DNA of 64,000 bases from Eledone cirrhosa. Lineage: Eukaryota. The DNA is taken from assembly GCA_964016885.1 (NCBI GenBank), contig OZ024744.1, forward strand, positions 76,880,001 to 76,944,000. The letters are read 5' to 3'. A program made the position numbers and the translations under genes. The notes beneath the pieces were generated by a model. The model saw only the letters and a list, made by a program, of their open reading frames with translations, was not told the origin of the DNA and did no database searches. Below, piece after piece: positions 52,104 through 64,000 of the stretch; positions within the stretch are counted from its first letter, which is position 1; every line of letters begins with the position of its first letter.

Positions 52104-52178
<75 letters not shown>

Positions 52179-52330
52179 ATATATAAATGTATATATATAT
52201 ATATATATAGAAACATATATACTTATATACATATATATATATATGAATGCATATATATATATATACATACATATATATATGTATGTATGTATATCTTTAT
52301 ATATACACACACATATATATATATGTATGC

Positions 52331-52363
<33 letters not shown>

Positions 52364-52384
52364 TATATTTATCTGTGTATACAT

Positions 52385-52434
<50 letters not shown>

Positions 52435-52439
<5 letters not shown>

Positions 52440-52623
52440 AGAAAGTATGACCCCGACGGCAGAACTCAAGCCGTTTCGACGGCTATTTCTGGACTAAAGT
52501 CGAAACGGCTTGAGCTCTGCCGTCGGGGTCATACTTTCTCCTATTACCCACTCTACTACCCTAAGTATTGAGTACTCTGGTGCGTTATGGTCCATCTGGT
52601 TCCTTACCACAACTCCTTCGTTA
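52435..52623. mobile_element. Fold-back element carrying the 3' half of an HHR
   Basis: Arms 52435-52480 / 52499-52544; GAAA-CGGC..GCCG-TC-GGGGTC; (TA)n on both sides. Confidence 0.7.
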
Positions 52624-52629
52624 TATATA

Positions 52630-52688
<59 letters not shown>

Positions 52689-52741
52689 ATGTATGTATGT
52701 TCTGACATCTTCAAACTGTGTCGTCGAAAGAGAGAGAGAGA

Positions 52742-52780
<39 letters not shown>

Positions 52781-52834
52781 AAGGAAGAGAGAGAGAGAGA
52801 GAGAGAGAGAAGAAAGAGAGAGAGGGAGAGAGAA

Positions 52835-52912
<78 letters not shown>

Positions 52913-53073
52913 AGTGGGTGGGGTGAAGATAACGACTGTTAGATGCTTCTGTCATTGAAACCTTTCGTAGCCTCCATCTAATGGAAGACCTTATTTATTA
53001 TTGGAACATCTTAGACAATATATTCCGCCTCGTATACTGGTAGTTTTTTTTAAAATATCCTCCCCTCACTCTT

Positions 53074-53155
<82 letters not shown>

Positions 53156-53175
53156 TCTCTCTCTTTCTTTCTTTC

Positions 53176-53223
<48 letters not shown>

Positions 53224-53230
53224 AGATTTG

Positions 53231-53424
53231 TACGAGCTGAAAATTCCATAGGCTGACCAAGATACACTCATGGAATGACCAAATAATATTTAATTTTCAA
53301 CACAGTCCCTGGAAAGAAACAATGTAGTTATTAATAAGAAGAGTTGAAATTAATGCATGCAAGATTTCACAGCTCTAGCATTACTTCTTTCTAACAAGCC
53401 TATGAACCTTTCACCGACCCTCGT
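53231..53424. mobile_element. Mariner-like MITE
   Basis: Ends TACGAG.../...CCCTCGTA; relative at 19590-19800. Confidence 0.55.
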
Positions 53425-54490
53425 AGTTTTTACACTGGAACAAATCTCGTCATAAATTTTCAAGATAGTCTTAATAAGAACATACATGGTTGGATTTTGA
53501 CCTGATGGGCAGGGGTGGCACTCCAGACTTGCCCACTTCCTTCCCATACACAAAAAATTAGAATATACAGCAAAACCCCAATTTTACATATCAAAGTTAG
53601 CTTCACGCAAGTAATTGGAATTGAAAAGTTATATATTCAGGTTTTGGCTGCCTAAATGATGGCTTGACAATGTCAACTTCTGGACTGGTCTTGATCTTTG
53701 ATATTTAAACTCTGCTATTGGTGATCAAACTTTGTGGAGAGAGATATCACATGTTAATGCGCAGTCTGCAACTGGTGGAGTTTACCGTCACATATTTAAA
53801 TAGTCTAGCAATCCTAAAACTAAAAAGCCGACCTGAGTGGGCACAAATAAATTGCTCGCCCGTCGCTGGAGGGGCCCTGGAGCAATTTCCTCCTTTGCCC
53901 TCACGCCCCCTACCCATTAAATCTGGCCCTGTACGTGGTGTTCTATTCGACATGTACTTGATAAAATATATTTTAAATGTATAATGGTTCGTTTGATGCC
54001 ATTTCTTTCCAATCTTCACATACTCTTCACATTCAAGGCCCAAATTCTACTACCATGCAACCTTACACTTCGTACATAAGCTTTCTACATTCTACATTCA
54101 GCATTCTGCCCCGAAATCTTCAAAAATAATCGCTTTTTGCTGCGAGCAGAGGTTATTCCTCTTTGAAATTTTACCGTTCTGTTCTTTCACTCGTTAATTA
54201 GTATTTTGGGAAATTCTATCTTCTTCTGTTAATTAGGTCATTTAGGTAATAGAAACTAAGAACTAATTCTAAGTGTTATTTGAAGGATTTATATATTTAT
54301 ATATATATATGTGTGTGTGTGTGTGGTTGTACGTGCGTGTGAGCGTCTATGTGTGTATTTGTGTATGTATGTGTATGTGTATGTGTCGGTGTGAGTGTGC
54401 GCGCGCCCAAGTACCTGTGAGTGAGTGTCCGTGTGTATATGAGTGTAGGCCTGTGTGTGGTGAGTGTGCGCTTCTGTGAGAATTCGTATG

Positions 54491-54578
<88 letters not shown>

Positions 54579-54647
54579 TGTCTGTCTGACAGTGCCACTG
54601 TATGAGTGTGAATTTATGTGTGTTGCCCTAGGTGAGTTTTGATTAAG

Positions 54648-55510
54648 AAAATCCCGCCGAGGTTAACTTTGCCTTTCATCCATACGGGGGTCGATAAAAT
54701 AATGTACCAGTAATGTACTGGGTAATTGCTGACCTTGTGCCAAAAGTAGAAACAATTATTATTATTTTCTGCAGGTATAGTGTATCTAAGATTGTTTCTT
54801 ATTTCCTTTCTTATTTGTGTAATTTGAAGGACAATGGAGTGGCTGTAATCGGTAGAACGTCGGACATCATGCTTTGTGACATAGAGTTACGGCCTTTTAC
54901 CTTCTGAATTCAAATCCCACCGAGGTTAGCTTTGCCTTTCAGCATTACGGAGTTGATAAGATAAAGTACCAGTAATAAACTACGGTCGATTTAGACGACT
55001 TTCCCCTCCCCAAAAATTGTTGGCCTTGTGCCTAAAACAGAAACCATTATATTATTAGTAGGCGATTGAGCGGTGGATTGGCAGTATCGTTAGAGCATCG
55101 GTCAAAATGCTTTGTAGCATAGAGTACCGGCCCTTTACGTTCTGAGTTCAAATTCCACTGAGGTTAGCTTTGCATCCTTATGAGGTCGATGAAATATAGT
55201 ACCAGTAATGTACTGGGGTCAATTTAATTGACTTTCCCCTCGCCACAAATTCGTTGGCCTTGTCTAAATCAGAAACCGTTATTTCCTAGTTGAGGACGGT
55301 GTATTAGCAGTATCTCTAGAATGTCGTACCCTAACCCTAACCCTAACCCGAATCCCACTGAAGATAGCTTTGCCTTTTATTTTTACAATAAAATAAAGTA
55401 CCAGTAACGTACTGGGTCGATTTAATCGACTTTCCCCTCCATTAAAAATTGTTGGCCTTATGTCTAATTCAGAAACCTAGTTTAGGGAGGTGGATTGGCA
55501 GTATCACTGG
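54648..55510 (+). mobile_element. Tandem cluster of major tRNA-SINE copies
   Basis: 4-5 copies of the head and core. Confidence 0.85.
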
Positions 55511-56002
55511 CATGGAGAGGGGAGACTGGTATGACTGTTGGTTTTCTACAAACCTTGCCTGGATTGTGCCGCGGAGGGGAACTTTCTAGGTACAAATCTC
55601 ATAGACATTTGTGACCGAAGGCGGTCTCTAACCTTACTGAGTATACTGGAGTAACATGAAAAGAAGTGTTTTGCTCAAGAACACAGCACATAACCCAGTC
55701 CAGAACACACAACGTTATGGTCATAAGTCCAACACCCTTAACACTAGGCCACGCGCTTCCATTTATCATAATTACCACAATTATAATCATTATATCATTG
55801 TTATATTTTAACACTGTTTGGTGGATCGTCAAAATCACTGTATTGGTGGATAAAATGCCTTGCAGTATTTATTTACATTCCTAATGTATGTTCCTGGTTC
55901 TTCATCTTTTATCCTTCGGAAGTCTTAGACTTTGCTTTTTTTATAGACGTTAGCAACAATACGTTTGTGTGTCTGTGTACGTTTGTATGTGTAGATAGAT
56001 TA

Positions 56003-56118
<116 letters not shown>

Positions 56119-56539
56119 CCTGTCTTATATCTATATACGATGTACATCATCTAATATATCCCCTATTTTGAAAGCTCAGTCAAGAGAAAGGACCTGTGTC
56201 AATGCATGTTCTTTGCCAATCCTCTTAGATTGGTTCGATCTATAGGATTAACTTGGATATCAGTAAGACAAAAACCCGTCGAAAGTACAATGGAAGATAA
56301 GAAGTAATTCCAAGGAGCTGGTGTCTTAGAAATGAAAGTATGGACCAGTCGTGGACAACCTGCGACCCGCGAAACTTTCTGAATGCTCGCCTAATTCACC
56401 TAAGTGAAATCTTTCTGATTTTTTTTTCACCTCAACTTTTCAGTCGTAATTTATCTTTCTATCATTTTTACGATCGAGGAAAACAACGTGTACGAATTCT
56501 GAAGAAACAAATCGAAACAACCTGAGCTACCACCCTTTT

Positions 56540-56626
56540 TTTTAATGTAAATTACCGCTTGCGGCCCGCCTGGTGATGAGCCATATCTCATGCGGCCCGC
56601 TTTTCAAAAAAGGTTGCCCATGTCTG
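56540..56626. mobile_element. hAT/Charlie-like transposon end fragment
   Basis: Two TGCGGCCC motifs and the terminus AAAAAGGTTGCCCATGTCTG. Confidence 0.45.
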
Positions 56627-57132
56627 GTTTAGACGAAGTGGCTAGTTTAGAATCTGAGGTAGAGGTGAATAGTGGAGACGAGAGGGTTATTACAAAGTGG
56701 GATCGATAAAGGTGATGTGAAAGTAGCTAGTGCGGAAGAACAGAGGCCAATGTAGTAGTGGTGGTAGAGTAAACAGAGAGAAAGAACAGCATGTGCTATG
56801 TGTTGGGTAAAATATGACTCATCCAGATGGCTTTCTTTTGGTTACTGTCTACGACGTTTGTGTGAGCACTACTCGTCGGTATAGTCCCCTAGGCGGGCAG
56901 GATCTTACTTGAACTCCCTCAGTGAGTTAGTGCTGAAGTGTCTTCTGACCCTTAGGCGCAAGGATAATGTTTTTGAAGTGATCTGTATAAGATAATTTTA
57001 TAATAGCAATCAATACCTACTTTTTTCTGAGGTCAATTTTGCCTTTCATCCATTTAAGGTCGATAAAAAAATATACCAGTTTAGTACTGGAGTCGATTCT
57101 TCCAGTATATCTCTTTCTCACCCCTCCCTCTC

Positions 57133-57213
<81 letters not shown>

Positions 57214-58399
57214 TTTTTCTCTCTCTCTATCTATCTTTCTCTGGAGGAAATCCGTGACCTGGAGAGGAGATGGGCTCCGCTGGGTTTTCAAATGCCCTTG
57301 AAACTCTGTATGTCAATACGGTGCCCCTATGACTCCCTCAGGAGTTACGAGACCATGCATGCACCTACTTTTTTAACGAGTCAGCAATAGACTAAGCTTG
57401 TATAATACTATGTTCTGGTCCTGAAAAGTAAGATTTTGTTTTTCGGTTGCAGTTTTAATCGTTATTTATGTGGATTTACAAAAAAAAAAAAAAAAAAAAA
57501 AATGTTTATTTGAGCTTGTGAAGTCTCCTCCGCCAAGGTTAACTTTGCCTTTCATCTTTACAAGGTCGATAAAATAAAGTACCAGTAATGTACTGGGTGA
57601 TTGCTGGCCTTGTGCCAAAAGTGGAAACAATTATAAGATCTGGGTTTTTATTATATGTTGATCAATACTAAAAAGAGTTTATTTTGAAATTAACAATGAG
57701 CGTGTCTTTTGTGTTGCTTTTTAAGTTTCTGTTCATGGAAAAATTTTACGTTTGTCGTTATGTCTCGAATGGATGACACCTGGGCGTGAAGGATTAACCC
57801 TTTAGCATTTACATTACTCTATATTTACTATTATATTTTCATGTTAAACACTTTATTTCACATAAATATCTCACATAATATCATATCTATGAGATTTTGT
57901 TATTATTTATTTTGAGAACAATACCTTAACATAAATATGAGCAGCCGGTTATGGCCAATTTGAACAGAAAGAAGTGAGAGAATTCTGGCCGGATATGGCC
58001 GGTTTAAATGCTAAATGGTTAATGAGGAATAGACACACTGGTATGATCAGAATAGAATTGAGTGTGTGCTAGAGGTGACTACAAGCAAGTAGTTAATGTG
58101 GAGATTTAAATGAACTTCGGGGGTAAACAAAAGTTAATAGATGCTATCTCTAGAGAGGACCCTGTCAGTGCATGATGCATTGGTATAATCTGACAAGAAA
58201 CTTCTAAGATAATAGGGTTGAATTTGAAAAAGATTTAGCTGGTATTTCTAAGAGGTCAAGTGACTACATATATTCTCCTTTGTCAGCTCTTTTAACTAAT
58301 GCTATGTAGAAAGCTGCTCAAATCCTTGTCATACATTAAGATAGTAGGGTTGAATTTTAAAAAAAATTTGGCTGCTATTTCTAACTGGTCAAGTGACCA

Positions 58400-58567
58400 C
58401 TGTATTTCCCGACGACGAGGACGCTACTCTTTTCCTAAAATGTGTCTAAAAAATCTACCATGCGTCCTGAAGGCCGAAGGTTATTTATTATCTTTTTTCA
58501 AAATTTTGGTTGTCAAAATTAGGGTGCGTTCTCGAGGACGAAGCGTCTTCGGCGCCGGGAAATACGA
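58400..58567 (-). mobile_element. Tc1/mariner-pogo-type MITE (copy of 9104-9268)
   Basis: Reverse-complement match; inserted in one unit of a local tandem duplication. Confidence 0.85.
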
Positions 58568-59282
58568 TATATATATTCTCCTTTGTCAGCTCTTACTACT
58601 AATGTTATGAAGAAAGCTGCTCAAATCCTAGTCATATATTTAATATACGTAGCTATATTCACTCTAGTGTGAAATGAAAGATCATTTACACTTATCAGAA
58701 TAAATATATTAAAGACAGTTCATGTTTAGATTCTTCAATATTCAACAAAATCTCTGCTGATATTTTAGCTGTTAGTATATTCGTGATGAAAATCAGTAAA
58801 AATAGAAGCAGTGAGAGATATTGCACCTTTTATCAATAGAGATTAAGTAAAGTCATTTTACTTGTGAAAAGTTTCGTGCTTCATAACCTGACGTGAGTTT
58901 CCATTTCAATGGAAAATTATAAAAGCTGCAAAAGAGAAATAGAGTAGAGATGGAGGCGAAAATAGCGAAATATATATCTCTGTGTAAAAGCAAGAAAGAC
59001 ATTAATCGATTTAAGGCAATAAATAGCATTGAGTAATTATTATTCTACTGACAGACTTTAGGAGAGAATTAACAGTCGTTACTGAATATATCCAGAGTTG
59101 TCATCATCCGCATGAAAAACAATAGGTCAGTTTCTGATAACATATTAAATAATGTAAGGAGTATTAAGACATCTAACTCAGGAATGAAAGAAAAAAACAT
59201 TTTTTTTTCATTAAGTAATATTATTTTTCCCTCGGTGGAAACTTTATTTCAAGTTAACATTTTAAACTTTTTAACTTCGCAG

Positions 59283-59349
<67 letters not shown>

Positions 59350-59354
<5 letters not shown>

Positions 59355-59567
59355 AAAAAGTATGACCCCGACGGCAGAGCTCAAGCCGTTTCGACGGCTA
59401 TTTCTGGACTAAATTCTGAACTGAATTTAGTCCAGAAATAGCCGTCGAAACGGCTGGAGCTCTGCCGTCGGGGGTCATACTATTTCCTATTACCCACTCT
59501 ACTACCCTAAGTATTGAGTACTCTGGTGCGTTATGGTCCATCTGGTTCCTTACCACAATTCCTTCGT

Positions 59568-59598
<31 letters not shown>

Positions 59599-59767
59599 TT
59601 CTGTGTGGGGGGGGGGGTATATGTATGTGAGTGTGTGTCTGTTATATATACATATATATATATAATGAAGGAAGTGTGGTAAGGAACCAGGTGGATCATA
59701 ACGCACCAGAGTCCAGACATAGCCGTCGAAACGGCTTGAGCTCTGCCGTCCGGGTCCTGAACCTTTT

Positions 59768-59772
<5 letters not shown>
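59350..59772. mobile_element. Compound fold-back element (family of 52435-52623)
   Basis: Palindrome 59350-59490 centred at 59417-59422, with a second rearranged piece at 59661-59772; (TA)n on both sides. Confidence 0.75.
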
Positions 59773-59813
<41 letters not shown>

Positions 59814-60098
59814 ATTTAGCTTCAGGCATAGCTGTATACAAATATGTATAGAAATTTCGTATTTCTAAAGAAACACGGTTTTAGGAAGCCGTAACTATGC
59901 AAACACCGGGGCTAATGCCCTCTGGTGGTGTCCATCAGAAGCGAGGGGGACAACCGTTTATGCATTATATATATATATATGAGTCACGGGTTCAATCAGC
60001 GGCAACCACAGTAAGTAAGGTACTCAATATATTAGTAGAGTGCATGCAACAAGTTTAATATTGAAATGATTTCTATATGACTAGAACTTTTTCAAGTC

Positions 60099-60238
<140 letters not shown>

Positions 60239-60257
60239 TTTTCTCTCTCTCTCTCTT

Positions 60258-60299
<42 letters not shown>

Positions 60300-60305
60300 A
60301 GAGTG

Positions 60306-60376
<71 letters not shown>

Positions 60377-61344
60377 GGTAAACAGAAACAACAACACAAT
60401 CGATACAGTATAAGGAAGGGATATATTAGGTTAACGCTTGATGTAGCAGGAAGCCGATTTAATGCTGATATACGATTTGCTAACGTTCCCAATATTAAAT
60501 ATGTTAACACACTAGGAAAAAAAATTAGAACGAATAGAGTTGGTCAGATACCGCAAGGTATCCCATCCCGTCTGATATGTTGACAATTTGGCCCGTACAA
60601 CCTCATCTCAGGTACGTGATTGACCATAGCGGGATTTGAACTCAGAGCACAGCAGAGATGAGGTAGATTGGCCAACCTCATCTCTGGGTCTGGTACTTTA
60701 TTTATCGAATCCGTGATTGACCATTACGAGATTTGAACTCAGAGTCCAGCTGAGAGGAGCTGGATTAGTCAGGACAACAACCTCATCTATGTGCCTGGTA
60801 CTTTATTTATCGAATTCGAGTTTGACCTTAGCGGGATTTGAACTCAGAGCGCAGCTGAGAGGAGTTGGAACAAATAGCGAAGCACTTAATCCTCCGACAC
60901 TCTAAGAACTATGCCAATTTGCAGCCTATGTTAATACTACTAATATAGTTACTAAAAATAGTTTGTTGTTAATCCACATTGGTGAATGAAGATACGAAGA
61001 TATCTCGTCTTTATGAAGAAATACCATCAAAAGAGCGGGGAAAGCAGAAGAAGAAGAAAAAAGAAAAAGAGAAATAATTACATTTGTTCGTAACTTAACT
61101 TGAAATGAATAATTATTTCGTTGACTGAACATAATGGTCTGATATCTCAAGTATCTTGCTAGCTACTTATGTGTCTCAAGCTTTCAGTCTATAGACCGAA
61201 ATAGTTGAACGTATCTATTTCATCAATTTGCTCTGTACTGTTTCCATTGGAAAACATATTTTCCTAGCTCAGTCCACTAAGCTATACATAGGTGCCATCA
61301 GGCAATTCTAAAGTCTCTAGTCTGTCATAAGTCATTTAATGCTC

Positions 61345-61580
61345 GTTAGGCCGGTACTTATCCCGGTTTCATGGCATGAAGCGACTGAGAGTACATGACA
61401 ACCCCCCTGGACAGGACGCCAGTCCATCACAGGATTAAACCCCCAGCTATTGCTGCTGATACTCATTTTCTGCTGAGTATACTGCAGCAACGTGAAATGA
61501 AGTGTTTTGCTGAAGAACACAGCACGTAACCCTGCCCAGGAATCGAACCCATTACATTGTGATCGTAAGTCCAACATATT
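61345..61580 (-). mobile_element. Second-family tRNA-SINE
   Basis: Core ttcagcaaaacacttcatttcacgttgc and tail cctgtgatggactggcgtcctgtccagggggg...tactctcagtcgcttcatg. Confidence 0.7.
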
Positions 61581-61779
61581 AAGGGAGGCATTGATTAACC
61601 CGGGCAAACCGGAAGGCCTGCAACGTGGGACATAGTGAGACAAGACTATACTGGTCGCATTTTGTTGCTGAATTAAGGATCTAATCAAAGAGACAAATCT
61701 TATTTAAAATGGGTTGAAGGGGAAATTCGAATGGAAATAGTGAATACCTCTTCATAATTACTATGACTTAACCTTGTAA

Positions 61780-61960
61780 TCCTCACCATCCTCCTGGAAA
61801 ATGCCTTCTCTATTCTGTCCACCGGGGCCGCGGGGTGGCCAGCGCGTGGACTTCCATTTGCTCATAATAGTGAGAGATGGCGAGAGCGGGGGATATGGAA
61901 GCATTGACAGTGGTAGTGGGAGTTTGGTTCCTTCATGTTCGGACCTGGTGTACGTGTATA
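61780..61960 (+). mobile_element. CRE-clade 3' end fragment
   Basis: Matches 6425-6620 and the reverse complement of 7620-7810. Confidence 0.7.
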
Positions 61961-62011
61961 CGTTTCATGGACACACAATCACACTGAGGCAGTTTAATTT
62001 GAGAGTTCTAT

Positions 62012-62098
<87 letters not shown>

Positions 62099-62099
62099 A

Positions 62100-62410
62100 A
62101 TAATATAACAAGGACGATTGGTTACTCCTTCATTGCGTTTATTGGTTGGTGACGTGTGTTTCGCCACTGATCAGCTCAAGGTTCGATCTGTATCAATCCG
62201 ACCCGACTCTGTAATCCGCGGCTCATCAGACTCCTTGTAATGCTAATGGAAAAAAATTACCATTACCATTACAAGGGGTCTGACGAGCCGCGGATTACAG
62301 AGTCGGGTCGAATCGATACAGATCGAACCTTGATCTGATCAGTGGGGAAACGCGCGTCACCAACCAATAAACGTAAAGAAGGAGTAACCAATCGTCCTTC
62401 TTATTTTATT
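62100..62410. mobile_element. Fold-back HHR element
   Basis: Arms about 62100-62248 / 62257-62410, between a (TA)n and a (CA)n tract. Confidence 0.85.
62277..62361 (+). ncRNA. Type I hammerhead ribozyme (partner at 62148-62232, minus strand)
   Basis: GGT-CTGACGA-GCCGC...GTGG(G/C)-GAAA-CGCGCG-TC-ACC; the minus copy has CTGATGA and an intact GCCGC/GTGGC stem II. Confidence 0.8.
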
Positions 62411-62445
62411 ACACTACACACACACTACACACACACACACACACA

Positions 62446-62556
<111 letters not shown>

Positions 62557-62954
62557 TCCAATACCGAACAGAAACATCCAGCTCGTTCGTCAGACAAAAC
62601 AATATAATTGAACGAACTAGACATTTCTGCAAGAATCATCTAGTTTCTCGAAATCTTCGGTAATGGAATAATTATATGTTGTTGTTTATTATGTAATTAA
62701 ATAGCTCTGTACAATACATAAAGCACTCTTTTTTCCTTGACAAAATATCTGACTCATTTTACCAATAATAATAATAATAGCAAAATTAGCAGAATTTTCT
62801 CTAATTTCTAGACTACATAATTGATACACAAGCAACAAAAATCGAAGCAACGGTTAGGGTTTTCAGAAAATACCCTAGCCTCATTACAGTAAGTTGGTTA
62901 TTGGATAAAATAAAGTAGAATTAAAGACCAATATTTCAAAAATCAACTAATAAT

Positions 62955-63380
62955 AATAATGATTTCTACTATAGCCACAAGGCCAGCAATTTTAGGGGAG
63001 GGGAAAGTCGATTAAATCGAACACAGTGCATTACTGATGCCTTATTTTATCGACCCCCGTAACGATGAAAGGCAAAGTTAACCTAGGCGGGTTTGAACTC
63101 AGAACCTAAAGGGCCATAACCCTATGCCGCAAAGCATAGCGTCCGACGCTCTACCGATATTGCCAATCCACCATTTTTAATCTACTGAAAATAATTGTTT
63201 CTACTTTAGGCACAAGGCCAGCAATTACCAGTACATTACTGGTACTTTATTTTATCGACCCCGTAAGGATGAAAGGCAAAGTTAACCTCTGCGGGATTTG
63301 AACTCAAACCGTAAAGGGACGTAACTATGCTAGAAAGTATGGCGTCCAACCCTCTACCGATACTGCCAATTCACCGCCCT
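62955..63380 (-). mobile_element. Two tRNA-SINE copies
   Basis: Reverse complements of the major SINE. Confidence 0.9.
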
Positions 63381-63529
63381 GAAAATAATGATAATCTAAT
63401 GGTTTCTCTTGATACTTTATTGTTGGTGCTTCATAATCCCGGCAGACAGAATGGATGGAAAATACGGTGATTGAGTATGATACACTGAAAGATTCAGTCC
63501 AAATCACGGGCTGTTTTTTGGTTTTTTTT

Positions 63530-63830
63530 TCTTTCCGGATGACCATCTCAATCCCGACCAAGGTAAGTAATAGGTTGTTCAGGAACCCAGAACGCCAGAT
63601 GTGTCCACCGCTCTGGGTTCGATGAGAATTATATCGGAAAGCGACCAGTACTTTGTCAGCTTGCGATCTTCATTCAGGCGGTCAAGTGACTGGACTTGGG
63701 TCTAACTCTGATTTTACCAGGTTGCTACTGGAGAGAAAATATAGCTGAATGCCACATTCCGGATAAGGAGTTTACCCACCCCAGAAAAGGAAGATTGTGA
63801 TGCCGTCTAGTCTTCTAGTGTTTTAAGCGC
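63530..63830 (-). mobile_element. Degenerate CRE-clade RLE fragment
   Basis: Minus-strand translation EDRKLTKYWSLSDIILIEPRAVDTSGVLGS. Confidence 0.6.
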
Positions 63831-64000
63831 AATGGGAAGCCAGCTGTATCCAAGCCATGTTTAACCCTTTTTTTTTTTTTTGTCGGACTGCCAGTAACCT
63901 CCCCTCGTTCAAAAATACTGTTTATTTAAAAAAAGCCCCCAACATAGTTTTTTGTAAGAACCTTTGTTGAGTTATGTTCCAAACACCAATTTAATGAGAA

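Noticed and set aside
53226-53300. Apparent splice acceptor after (CT)n
   Set aside because: The downstream sequence is a mariner-like MITE also present at 19.6-19.8 kb.
59916-59928. Second CTCF-like motif (CCACCAGAGGGCA, minus strand)
   Set aside because: It lies in a short (TA)n-flanked insert that is probably repetitive; a chance match is likely.

Overview
Repeat-saturated, AT-rich eukaryotic DNA, very likely from an octopod cephalopod (inferred from the tRNA-SINE families and the extreme microsatellite load). I found no convincing host protein-coding gene, and most ORFs in the track are microsatellite artefacts. The real coding sequence is all retrotransposon-derived: a near-full-length, frameshifted L1/Tx1-like LINE (30731-37995, minus strand) with (GATA)n on both sides and a second diverged 3' half fused in tandem; several R4/Dong-like RLE retrotransposon copies sitting in (CATA)n; and CRE-clade and RTE-clade fragments. 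The window also holds tRNA-SINE arrays, a bipartite RTE-derived non-autonomous element, Helitrons and MITEs. The most striking signal is a population of small non-coding elements, mostly next to (TA)n tracts, that carry Type I hammerhead ribozyme (HHR) motifs from several unrelated sequence families. They occur as long fold-back palindromes with the HHR-sense strands always pointing outward, and/or as terminally redundant ~430-615 bp monomers. This suggests a diverse Penelope-like/retrozyme-type system, including cores with a U3:A8 compensatory variant. All coordinates and folds were worked out by eye and element edges are approximate.
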